DNA of 64,000 nucleotides. Origin: an uncultured Eubacteriales bacterium. GTDB taxonomy: Bacteria > Bacillota > Clostridia > Oscillospirales > Acutalibacteraceae. The stretch is taken from the NCBI GenBank assembly GCA_900316455.1, contig ONCX01000001.1:76649-140648 (forward strand), read 5' to 3'. Positions 25,498 through 34,065 of the stretch are shown here, in pieces (position 1 is the first letter of the stretch; every line of letters begins with the position of its first letter). The position numbers and the translations under genes were made by a program. The notes under the pieces were generated by a model, which worked only from the letters and a program-made list of their open reading frames with translations, did not search any database and was not told the origin of the DNA.

Positions 25498-26568
25498 TCA
25501 GCTTCCACGCACATAACGTTCAGCGTCTTCCACGCTGATGGTTGAATTTTCAACTATCTTGCTGATTATCTCGTCATCGGAAATTCCCATCGATCTGAAA
25601 ATATTTATCATCACGACTATGGTTCTTTCAACGCCCTGCTCAACGCCCTGCTCAATGCCCTGCTCAATACCGCGTTCAATGCCCTGCTCTATACCGCGTT
25701 CAATGCCCTGTTCTATGCCGCGTTCAATGCCCTGCTCTATGCCTTGCTCATAGCCTTCCTGTCTTATATCCTGTATTGCCTTGCACATATCGACATTTCC
25801 CCCGCTTTCTTTTGCTTTAATATCTGTTCCTGTCACAGCTTCGATCATTCTCGCCGTATCCCGCGCGATTGATCTGAATTTCTTGTCGTTTTCAATTACT
25901 TCCCTGAGTTTATCCTTATCTCTGGAATACTTTACAAAGAGCATAACTTCTTTAAGATCTGTACAGAGTTTTTGCGCATTTTCGTTTGTAAGAGCATACG
26001 GTGTGAGAAGATTGATCCTGTAATCAGCAACATATTTCAGTATTGAGCTATTTTTTACAGACAGCATTTCATGAAGTGACGTCGGTCCGTCCCAATGATC
26101 CGCGCCGAAATATATTACCAGTGTGATCACAGGTATCAGTTTATCACTTTTATGGAATCCTGAAAGATATTCTCCTGATGTGGCTTTTTCATTATGCCTT
26201 GATTTTTTGTGACTTTTAGCAATATTATCAACCTGCGCGGTGTATTGAAGCGCATCATACAGCAAATTCCGCACCGGCATGGCATAATGAATATCCGACT
26301 GATTTTCTACGCCAAGCAGAAGATAAGCCGCGTCATTGTCGCGCTTTAATACCCACTGCTTCAAAACGTCTCTTACCTTCTGAACGGAAGCCTGCTTGCC
26401 GTCCGAGCCGAAAGGCAACGCAACGGCAGTTGTATCCATCTCTCGCAATTCTTCCGGCTTGATAACCTGTTCGCCGTCGTAAAGCAGGAAATTGAACGCG
26501 TCGGCAAAAACGTCAGGACGTTCCATATATGCCTTTGTGAGTGAATCCTTGTCACTTGCCACAGACAA
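25498..26568 (-). CDS. Rpn/YhgA-like PD-(D/E)XK nuclease family protein (putative transposase), second paralogue
   Basis: FADAFNFLL, LLLGVENQSDIHYAMPVR core, then a GIE(Q/R) repeat tract and an HTH-like tail. TTG start 19 nt after the alr stop. Confidence 0.75.
   Translation of the reverse strand: MSVASDKDSLTKAYMERPDVFADAFNFLLYDGEQVIKPEELREMDTTAVALPFGSDGKQASVQKVRDVLKQWVLKRDNDAAYLLLGVENQSDIHYAMPVRNLLYDALQYTAQVDNIAKSHKKSRHNEKATSGEYLSGFHKSDKLIPVITLVIYFGADHWDGPTSLHEMLSVKNSSILKYVADYRINLLTPYALTNENAQKLCTDLKEVMLFVKYSRDKDKLREVIENDKKFRSIARDTARMIEAVTGTDIKAKESGGNVDMCKAIQDIRQEGYEQGIEQGIERGIEQGIERGIEQGIERGIEQGIEQGVEQGVERTIVVMINIFRSMGISDDEIISKIVENSTISVEDAERYVRGS
25628..25759 (-). repeat. imperfect 12-nt periodic tandem repeat (about 11 units) inside the second Rpn-like CDS
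   Basis: Units tcaa[c/t]gccctgc / tc[a/t]ataccgcgt alternate and encode EQGIEQGIERGIEQGIERGIEQGIERGIEQGIEQGVEQGVE. Confidence 0.9.
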
Positions 26569-26587
26569 CGCCGCCTTTCCGCTTTTT

Positions 26588-27706
26588 TCAATACACTCTC
26601 GTCACACGTCTGCTGAGACTGCACACAAATTCGTAATTGAATGAGGCTGACATATCCGCAGGCTCTTCCACCGGAATATAATTGTCACCGTCCCTGCCGA
26701 AGAGAGTGACAACGTCCTCGATTTGCACATCCTCTATGTGCGACACGTCAACCATTATCTGATCCATGCATACTCTGCCAAGCACCGGCGCGAACTGTCC
26801 GTGTATCAGCACCCGTCCTTTGTTGGAAAGCGCCCTCGGATACCCGTCGGCATATCCCACCGAAACGGTCGCGATACGCGTAGGCTCCCCCGTGACGAAT
26901 GTCGCCCCGTAGCTCACTCCAATTCCTGCCGGTGCTGTATGCACATTCACCACATGGCTTCTGAAGCTCATTGCCGGACGCAGGTCAAGGGCAGTCTTGT
27001 CAACCTCCTCCGACGGATACAGCCCATATGTGATTATCCCTGAACGGACCATCTGGAAGCGGTGACTGTCAAATTCCATAATTCCCGCGCTGTTGCATAT
27101 ATGCTTTATCGGAATCTCCACATTACGTTTCTCAAGCATTTCACACATGCTGTCGTATTTTTCCATCTGCATTTTGCTGTAGGCTTTATCGTACATATCC
27201 GCGCAGGAAAAATGCGTGAACATTCCTTCTAATTCCAGATTCGGCAGCAGACTGATTTTTTTGATTTCATCGGCGCTCTCTTCATTCACCGCAAAGCCTA
27301 TGCGCGACATTCCGGTATCCAAAGCGACATGCGCCTTTGCGGTTTTGCCCTGCGCCGACGCTTCTTTTGCCAGAAGCTCCGCAGTTTCAAGCGAATATAC
27401 TGTCTGTGTCACATTATTCCGCACCACTTCATCATATCGGCTCGGCGATACATATGAAAGAATGATTATCGGCAGCTTTATTCCCGCTTCGCGCAGCTCT
27501 ATCGCTTCGTCTACAGTTGCTACGGCAAAATATTCCACCGCGCTTTCAAGATATTTCCCGACTGCCACCGCGCCGTGTCCATACGCGTCCGCTTTTATGA
27601 CCGCGCAGATTTTTACCTTTTCCCCGACGTTTCTTCTGACCTCGGAGATATTATGCCCTATCGCGTCAAGATCAACCTCGGCATATGCTCTCAGATAATT
27701 TCCCAA
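26588..27706 (-). CDS. alr: alanine racemase
   Basis: PLP-lysine motif AVIKADAYGHGA. 372 aa with the typical C-terminal beta domain. TTG start. Confidence 0.9.
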   Translation of the reverse strand: MGNYLRAYAEVDLDAIGHNISEVRRNVGEKVKICAVIKADAYGHGAVAVGKYLESAVEYFAVATVDEAIELREAGIKLPIIILSYVSPSRYDEVVRNNVTQTVYSLETAELLAKEASAQGKTAKAHVALDTGMSRIGFAVNEESADEIKKISLLPNLELEGMFTHFSCADMYDKAYSKMQMEKYDSMCEMLEKRNVEIPIKHICNSAGIMEFDSHRFQMVRSGIITYGLYPSEEVDKTALDLRPAMSFRSHVVNVHTAPAGIGVSYGATFVTGEPTRIATVSVGYADGYPRALSNKGRVLIHGQFAPVLGRVCMDQIMVDVSHIEDVQIEDVVTLFGRDGDNYIPVEEPADMSASFNYEFVCSLSRRVTRVY

Positions 27707-27762
27707 CTGTTACATCTTCTTTGCTTGTTTTTTTATCAGAATCAATTACCGGCTTAACCGGA

Positions 27763-28674
27763 TCATTGACCTCCATCGTTCACAATAAGTCTCAGTGCGC
27801 TTGGTATCACCTTAAACGTCACCTCGCTCAATTTGAGACATTCGCCGTCTATATTGACAATCGCGGGCTTTTCCGACTCTATCTTCATCTTCTTGCCGCG
27901 CCTGACGGTAAGCAGCCCGTCAAATTTTTTCGATTCGGGATATCTGCCGCTCTTGTAGTCGCCCAGTAGACTTGCCATTTTCAGCTTGGAAACACGCTTT
28001 ATCATTACGAAATCCAGCAGACCGTCGCTCGGATCCGCCATCGGCGCTCCCATATAGCCGCCTCCGTAGTACTTCCCGCTTGCCGCCAGAGAAAACATGT
28101 ATTCTCCCTCATAGACTTCATTGTCATCAATTGTGATTTTCAGAGTATTATACACCTTGCCGAGCATGGAAATCAATACCGCAAGAGTATATGTTCCCGA
28201 ACCAAGCAGCTTTTTTGTACGGGTCATGCGGTTGGTTCTGTCACAGATTATTGCGTCAATGCCCATAGAGCATATATTCACCGACGCGAAATGTCCGGTA
28301 TCTATAGCGTCTACATATCTCGACGGCGCGGTGAGATAATGCTCTATGTCCTCAAATCCCTTTGCGCCGCCGAAAGTCTTTACATAATCGTTGCCCGAAC
28401 CGCAGGGAATGATTCCGAATTCGACATTCCTCATGCCGATAATTCCGTTAGCCGCCCCGCAGATTCCGCCGTCGCCACCCATTACTATTATTCTCACATC
28501 GTCGCCGGTTTCGCCCTCGCTTCGGGCAAAGTCCGTCAGATCCGAGCCTGAACGGGTCAGCATGAATTTATACGGAACGCCCATTTTTTCACAGGTCGAA
28601 GTAATCCTGTCCCTGTATTTTTCAAAGCCGTTTTTGGCTCCGGCGTTCGGATTAGCGATAAATACGTATCTCAC
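27763..28674 (-). CDS. diacylglycerol/lipid kinase family protein (YegS/BmrU-like)
   Basis: IANPNAG.., VMGGDGGICGAANG, IPCGSGNDY motifs. Confidence 0.85.
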   Translation of the reverse strand: MRYVFIANPNAGAKNGFEKYRDRITSTCEKMGVPYKFMLTRSGSDLTDFARSEGETGDDVRIIVMGGDGGICGAANGIIGMRNVEFGIIPCGSGNDYVKTFGGAKGFEDIEHYLTAPSRYVDAIDTGHFASVNICSMGIDAIICDRTNRMTRTKKLLGSGTYTLAVLISMLGKVYNTLKITIDDNEVYEGEYMFSLAASGKYYGGGYMGAPMADPSDGLLDFVMIKRVSKLKMASLLGDYKSGRYPESKKFDGLLTVRRGKKMKIESEKPAIVNIDGECLKLSEVTFKVIPSALRLIVNDGGQ

Positions 28675-28692
28675 TGCAATTACTCCAGACTG

Positions 28693-29904
28693 TCATTCGT
28701 CATCTTCCCCATCGTCGCCGCCGCATTCATTATGAATGTCCTTACTCTTGACAGAAATCCTGAAATCGGGACCATATGCGGAAGTCTCTGTAGGAAGTCC
28801 GCGCTTCCTTAGAAAATATTCTGAAACGCGCTTTATTACATAATAAATCGTCGCAAAAGTCGGCACGCCTATTATCATTCCGATAAATCCGAAGAGCGAA
28901 CCGAACATAAGTATCGCTATGGTGATATACAGCGCGGGTAGTCCTATGGAATCCCCCATAATGCGGGGACCTATGATATTTCCGTCAACCTGCTGAAGCA
29001 CTATGATGAAAATAAGGAATATAATGCACTGCTTAGGCGATACGAGAAGCAGCAGAAACGCGCTGGGAATTGCTCCTATAAACGGTCCGAACATCGGAAT
29101 TATATTGGTTACGCCCACAATTACGCTGATTATCAGCGGATAATCCATGCCAAGTATCAGCATGAAAACAAAGCAGATTACACCAACAATCAGCGAATCT
29201 ATCAGTTTGCCGGATATAAAGCCGCCGAACATCTTGTTAGCCTGACGAAGAGTGTCGTAAACCGCGTCGTTTACCCGCTCGTTGCGGCTGACGGTATGGA
29301 ATATCTTGCGGCACTGGTTGAGATATCTCTCGCGGTCAAGCAACAGGTATATCATTATGATGAACGCAAGGATTACGTTAACTATAGCTGAACCGACTGA
29401 CATCAGGCTGCTCGCGAGATTATAGACGGTACTAAGCAGATTGGTCTTGATCCATGTAACGAGCATATTCTCCGCCGATTCGACAAGATCGGCGGTCGTT
29501 GCGGCAAACTGGTTGTTGGAAACAAGGAATTTCTGGAGTCTCGTAAGCTGAGTCTCAAGCATTCCTGGCAGCTTGGGAACAAGGTCGGAAATGCTGGAAA
29601 TGAGCTGCGGCAGCAGCACCGCGCAGAGCAGCGCAAACGCAGCAAGCACGGCAAGGCTTGTGATAACCACCGAAAGCGGTCTCGCAATGCCAGATATTTT
29701 CTTCAGCTTTTTCAGCTTTCCCTCGAAAAATGACGCCACCGGACACAGCAGGTACGCAAAGGCTATTCCTACCCACAATGGCTGCAAGCCTGAAACAAAC
29801 ATCCTGACCGCGCCCGCTATCTGACCTATGTGGAACAGGGCAAACAAAAGCAGAATCGCTGCAGCAAGACTCAGAAAATTCGTCATGAATTTCGACTTAT
29901 TCAT
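28693..29904 (-). CDS. AI-2E family (UPF0118/PerM-like) transporter
   Basis: 403-aa polytopic protein with NIIPMFGPFIGAIP and IGLPALYI motifs. Confidence 0.8.
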   Translation of the reverse strand: MNKSKFMTNFLSLAAAILLLFALFHIGQIAGAVRMFVSGLQPLWVGIAFAYLLCPVASFFEGKLKKLKKISGIARPLSVVITSLAVLAAFALLCAVLLPQLISSISDLVPKLPGMLETQLTRLQKFLVSNNQFAATTADLVESAENMLVTWIKTNLLSTVYNLASSLMSVGSAIVNVILAFIIMIYLLLDRERYLNQCRKIFHTVSRNERVNDAVYDTLRQANKMFGGFISGKLIDSLIVGVICFVFMLILGMDYPLIISVIVGVTNIIPMFGPFIGAIPSAFLLLLVSPKQCIIFLIFIIVLQQVDGNIIGPRIMGDSIGLPALYITIAILMFGSLFGFIGMIIGVPTFATIYYVIKRVSEYFLRKRGLPTETSAYGPDFRISVKSKDIHNECGGDDGEDDE

Positions 29905-29921
29905 TTGATTACCTCAGCTTT

Positions 29922-31205
29922 TCATTTGTCCGCACCGGTTACTGTCACACCGTGCAGTAACGTCAGCGCCGGAATACTCATGCTGTTGTACTGAACGCTT
30001 TTTTCACTCATTAGCATATTGCCTGCAAAATCATTCATCGAACCGGAAATAGAACCGCCTGAAACAGGAATTGTCTTATCGCCGTCGTGAAGATATGCAA
30101 GGCGTATCTCGCCGAAAATGTCTCCTGTCACCGAATCGACCTGAAAATCCGAGAATTCCACAGCCTCAAGATATCTCCCGCCGCGAAGCTCATCTTCTCT
30201 ATGGCTTCCTCCGGTGACTTCTATATTTGTCGGTATGAACGAATCCTCAATTCCCAGATAGCAGGAGAACATTCTGCCGCCGACAAAATGTTTAGCTACG
30301 CCGTCCTCTATGAGCGTTGTATCGCGTATTATCGCGCCTTCCTCGTCAAAGGCGTGATTCTCCGATGAATTGACAAGCTCCCGCACCGCTTTGACAGTGA
30401 CCTTATCGCCTTTTACATCTCCGCATATCGGTTTCCCTATCTCGTAATCGCTCATCTTGCGGTAAATCATAGGCGCTCCCATGCGTTCAACGAAATAGTT
30501 GTATATCTCGCAAGCGTCTGAGCCTGAGAAAAGAACGTCGATTTTTCCGTTTACCGGAGTAGGCTCGGTTATAAGACGGTCTCTGCCGTAGCTCATGGTT
30601 CTTTCCAGATCTCTCTTGAGTCCAGCCGAATCGCATGTGCCGCTGTCATATTTGCGGTAAAGCTCTATTTCATGTCCGTCGCGGCGAGCATTAACAACCA
30701 CCTCGATCATACTTGACGGATAATGCTCCGTCTGATCGATTCCGGTCGATGTGATGAGCCTGTGCATAACATCAGTGACAAAAATCTCATAGCTGTTCAC
30801 GTCCTCGCTGTCCGTCTCGGAAAGCTCGGACATTGCGCGTATGAAATCCGCCGAAATGTCGGCAATGTCGGAAGCCTTTCCCTCCGGCGCTTTTACATCG
30901 GACGGAGGATTCAGCGTAAACGCACGGTTTTTTACAAGCGTGGCGCGATATGAAAGATCGCTTATCAGCTTTTCAATTTCGTCGCGTGACGCGGTAGGGG
31001 CAATCTCAGCGGAAGCAAATCCCACCGACTGTCCGTCGTCGGTAATCTGGTAAATCTTTACATTTATATGCTCCACATTCTTTGCCCTGTGCTGATCAAG
31101 CTCATGGCGTATAAAGTAAAATTCCCAGCCGTTCATTTTAGTATCGTTTACCTCCCAGCCGTAAACGCCAGAGGATTTCAGTAATTCAACAATCGTATCG
31201 AGCAT
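29922..31205 (-). CDS. PmbA/TldE-like metallopeptidase-family subunit
   Basis: TldD/PmbA-fold length and C-terminal GG..SGS pattern with no HExxxH. The start overlaps the tldD stop (TAATG). Confidence 0.75.
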   Translation of the reverse strand: MLDTIVELLKSSGVYGWEVNDTKMNGWEFYFIRHELDQHRAKNVEHINVKIYQITDDGQSVGFASAEIAPTASRDEIEKLISDLSYRATLVKNRAFTLNPPSDVKAPEGKASDIADISADFIRAMSELSETDSEDVNSYEIFVTDVMHRLITSTGIDQTEHYPSSMIEVVVNARRDGHEIELYRKYDSGTCDSAGLKRDLERTMSYGRDRLITEPTPVNGKIDVLFSGSDACEIYNYFVERMGAPMIYRKMSDYEIGKPICGDVKGDKVTVKAVRELVNSSENHAFDEEGAIIRDTTLIEDGVAKHFVGGRMFSCYLGIEDSFIPTNIEVTGGSHREDELRGGRYLEAVEFSDFQVDSVTGDIFGEIRLAYLHDGDKTIPVSGGSISGSMNDFAGNMLMSEKSVQYNSMSIPALTLLHGVTVTGADK

Positions 31206-32638
31206 TAACCCAGCCTCGCTTTCGTTTTAAGATAAGGACCGCCATCGGCAACCTTGACCCATTCCTTGTATCCCTTGCCGCAACCGCCTGAACCGAATAC
31301 CTCACGGTGAGGCGAGAGCATGGATATCCCTCCGAGCAGGTCAGGAACATATCCTGTCATTATTATCGGGGCGACAACCTTTCCTGTGAGCTTGCCGTCC
31401 TTTATCTCGCGTCCCATTTTGATGATACACTGAATTCCCCAGTGCTTAGGATCCTCCATGCCGCTCTCCATACCTTCGAGAAGATATCCGTGCTTTATGG
31501 AGGCAATCATATCCTCTATGCTGTCCTCGCCCGAATCAAACATTGTATTCGTCATTCGTGTATAGACCTTATGCTCAAAATTCTCGCGCTTGCCGTTGCC
31601 TGTCGGCTGAACGCCAAGTCTCATTGCGCTCAGAGCGTCGCATATTCCAGTTTTAAGAATGCCGTGATCGATCTCGGTGACGTCTCCCGCAAGGGTTCCC
31701 TCATCGTCAAAGGCATAAGAAGTCACATTCTCCGCGCAGAGCGCTCCCTCGTGCATAGTGCATTTGTCGCTGCCGACTCTCTTGCCTATATATTCAGCCC
31801 CAAGCGCACGGTTCTTTACGAACATATCCATCTCAACGCCGTGACCGAATGCCTCGTGTGCAATAAGTCCCGTCACCTCAGGGGATGTTATTATCTCGTA
31901 CTCGCCAGGCTCTATGCGCTCCGCGTCAAGAAGCTCCGCGGCTGTCGCGGCTATTTTATCCATCCTGCCGTCCAGCCCGCCGAAAAGCTCCGGACCGCAA
32001 AGACCTGAAACGCTGTCATAGGCGACCTGTGTATTTCCATCTCTGCTTACGACCAAAGCAGCCATTCCTTCGCTGTAAACATAGCTCTGGCAAAGATCGC
32101 GCTTTTCAGTGAGGAACATCTTGCAGATATGAGTCGATTGACCTGATACAATGCATTCTATTGCATTCTCATTCAACGTCATACCTCTATCGGAGGCAGC
32201 GCCTAATATTTCCACCAGCTTCCTTACGTCTGCTGTCTCAGGAAGCTGCTCCGTTTCCTTTTCGACAAAGAGAATCTGTTCATTATCGGGAAGAACCGGA
32301 GTGTCGAAGGTCTTAACGCCCGCCAGCTTCAGCATGACAAGCTGCGCGTCAAGCGCGCCCTGAATTTCGGCTGCCGCTTTCTCCGGCTGCGATGGGTCAA
32401 ATTTGTTAAAGGCATACTCGGCATACTGCCCATTCTCACAAACGCGCACCACAATGCCGCGTTCCGTCGTCATTGTCTCTCCCGACACGCTGCGGGAACG
32501 CTGTGAAATACGCACGGCAAGTCCTGTGGAATCCGTGGCAAGAACGCTGACATAATCATAATCCTTGCGGAGAATGCCGATAAGCTCTTTAAGCCCCGGC
32601 TTTATACCGCTGAGGTATTCGGAAAATTTTGCTTTCAT
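31205..32638 (-). CDS. tldD: TldD-family metalloprotease
   Basis: HEAFGHGVEMD zinc motif and GxC..GGCGK tail. GGAAGGAG SD before ATG 32638. Confidence 0.85.
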   Translation of the reverse strand: MKAKFSEYLSGIKPGLKELIGILRKDYDYVSVLATDSTGLAVRISQRSRSVSGETMTTERGIVVRVCENGQYAEYAFNKFDPSQPEKAAAEIQGALDAQLVMLKLAGVKTFDTPVLPDNEQILFVEKETEQLPETADVRKLVEILGAASDRGMTLNENAIECIVSGQSTHICKMFLTEKRDLCQSYVYSEGMAALVVSRDGNTQVAYDSVSGLCGPELFGGLDGRMDKIAATAAELLDAERIEPGEYEIITSPEVTGLIAHEAFGHGVEMDMFVKNRALGAEYIGKRVGSDKCTMHEGALCAENVTSYAFDDEGTLAGDVTEIDHGILKTGICDALSAMRLGVQPTGNGKRENFEHKVYTRMTNTMFDSGEDSIEDMIASIKHGYLLEGMESGMEDPKHWGIQCIIKMGREIKDGKLTGKVVAPIIMTGYVPDLLGGISMLSPHREVFGSGGCGKGYKEWVKVADGGPYLKTKARLG

Positions 32639-32717
32639 GGGTTCTCCTTCCTCGCAAAGGCTCATGGTTTACAAATTAATAATCCGGGCCTTTGACGCAT
32701 TAATTCTTAGGCTTATT

Positions 32718-32927
32718 TTACCACGTTTCATTTATAAAGTCAATGCCCTGAGCAATACTACATTTCCGCTTCTTCATTGCTCTGAATATATTTGATGCTT
32801 CCATAGAATATGTCTTTGTCATTAACCAGACGGAAAATGCCTTACGTGAAAGTACATTCTCCTGTGCAAGCTGTTTGACGGTTACCCCGTTGTATTTAAA
32901 AATTTTCATAAGCGCTAAGAGAGCCAT
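32718..32927 (-). CDS. orphan 69-aa ORF with an HTH-like segment, possibly a degraded remnant
   Basis: GVTVKQLAQENVLSRKAFSVWL looks HTH-like. No SD. A 22-codon ORF in another frame abuts its 5' end. Confidence 0.25.
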   Translation of the reverse strand: MALLALMKIFKYNGVTVKQLAQENVLSRKAFSVWLMTKTYSMEASNIFRAMKKRKCSIAQGIDFINETW

Positions 32928-33029
32928 CGCAAATTATTTTTGTATTCCAGCGCAATGCGGCTATTTGTCCTGTACATACCCATTTTCCATTACACAGAAC
33001 GCCAATGTGTGACACATTAAATTTAGTTG

Positions 33030-33059
33030 TTGACTACACGTCAGAGCTTATTATATAAT
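33030..33059 (+). promoter_or_regulatory. candidate sigma-A promoter upstream of the 33232 lipoprotein gene
   Basis: TTGACT-18 nt-TATAAT, immediately preceded by the palindrome aatgtgt-g-acacatt (33004-33018). Confidence 0.4.
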
Positions 33060-33231
33060 AAGGTTATGAAGGTTGAATCTGTGACATAATCAGGGAGTGG
33101 CTGAAAACCAACTGAACGATATTTTTTTGACAAATAAACTTCCCACAAGCAAAATAGCGATCTGATTATCTGCTCTGCCTGATGATTTCTGATCGCTTAA
33201 TTATAAAAAAAATAGTAAAGGACTGGTTATC

Positions 33232-33867
33232 ATGAAAATCAAAAGAATTCTACTCGCATCAATCTGCGCTGCCATGCTGCTGTCTTCCACATCGTGTCTG
33301 AGTGCATTAGTCAGATACAGAATTTCATCGAAATCCGGAACCGAATCCGACGGATACGATGTTTCAGAAGATTATACCTCTTCTTACGATATTGACCCAT
33401 CCTCTGAAAGTCCGGAAGAAACACAATATGGCAATGAAACCGTCGGTTGGATGACTCTCGATAAAGGTTTCTTCCAGTGGTACACCCCAGGAAACTCGGC
33501 AACCTGCGTCCAGTACGCTAAATCGCCCTACGAAATTCTTACAATGGACGTTTACGATTGTGTTTCTATCAAGGAGCAGACCGGTGTTGACCTTGACGCT
33601 CACATAGCTGCCAACGCCAGACTCTATAAACTTGAGGAAGACGCTTCTACCCAGAACATTGAAAAAATCACAGGCGCGAGGGAAGCTCTCGGAAAATATG
33701 ACGCTTATCAGGTTTACTGCTATTATCCCGACGACGACCAGTATCTTGTCACGTGGTATATGGATTCGCCCGACAGAACAAAAGTCTACTATGTCGCGGC
33801 TGAATTCAGGACTTCCGAAATATCCTTCTTCAACTACGCGCAGACATACCAGATGCCAGAAAACTGA
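33232..33867 (+). CDS. hypothetical lipoprotein
   Basis: Signal peptide with lipobox STSC. 211 aa, Tyr/Asp-rich. AAAGGA SD. Confidence 0.6.
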   Translation: MKIKRILLASICAAMLLSSTSCLSALVRYRISSKSGTESDGYDVSEDYTSSYDIDPSSESPEETQYGNETVGWMTLDKGFFQWYTPGNSATCVQYAKSPYEILTMDVYDCVSIKEQTGVDLDAHIAANARLYKLEEDASTQNIEKITGAREALGKYDAYQVYCYYPDDDQYLVTWYMDSPDRTKVYYVAAEFRTSEISFFNYAQTYQMPEN

Positions 33868-33940
33868 TTTATTATCTATCCTGCCGCCAGAACCATATTG
33901 ATGTTTTCAATTTTGCATGAATGCTCCGCGTAAACAATAA

Positions 33941-33998
33941 AAAATCTGCAACTTCCATAAGCAATCCTTCTGATTATGCTTAGTAAGTTGCAGATTTT
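33941..33998. terminator. bidirectional long-hairpin terminator
   Basis: 14-bp stem aaaatctgcaactt / aagttgcagatttt, with an inner taagca/tgctta pairing. Confidence 0.75.
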
Positions 33999-34065
33999 TC
34001 TATATCAGTCGTTTTTTATAATTTTATGCGTCTTTGTAACCATCATTGATTTTCCAAAGCACTAT

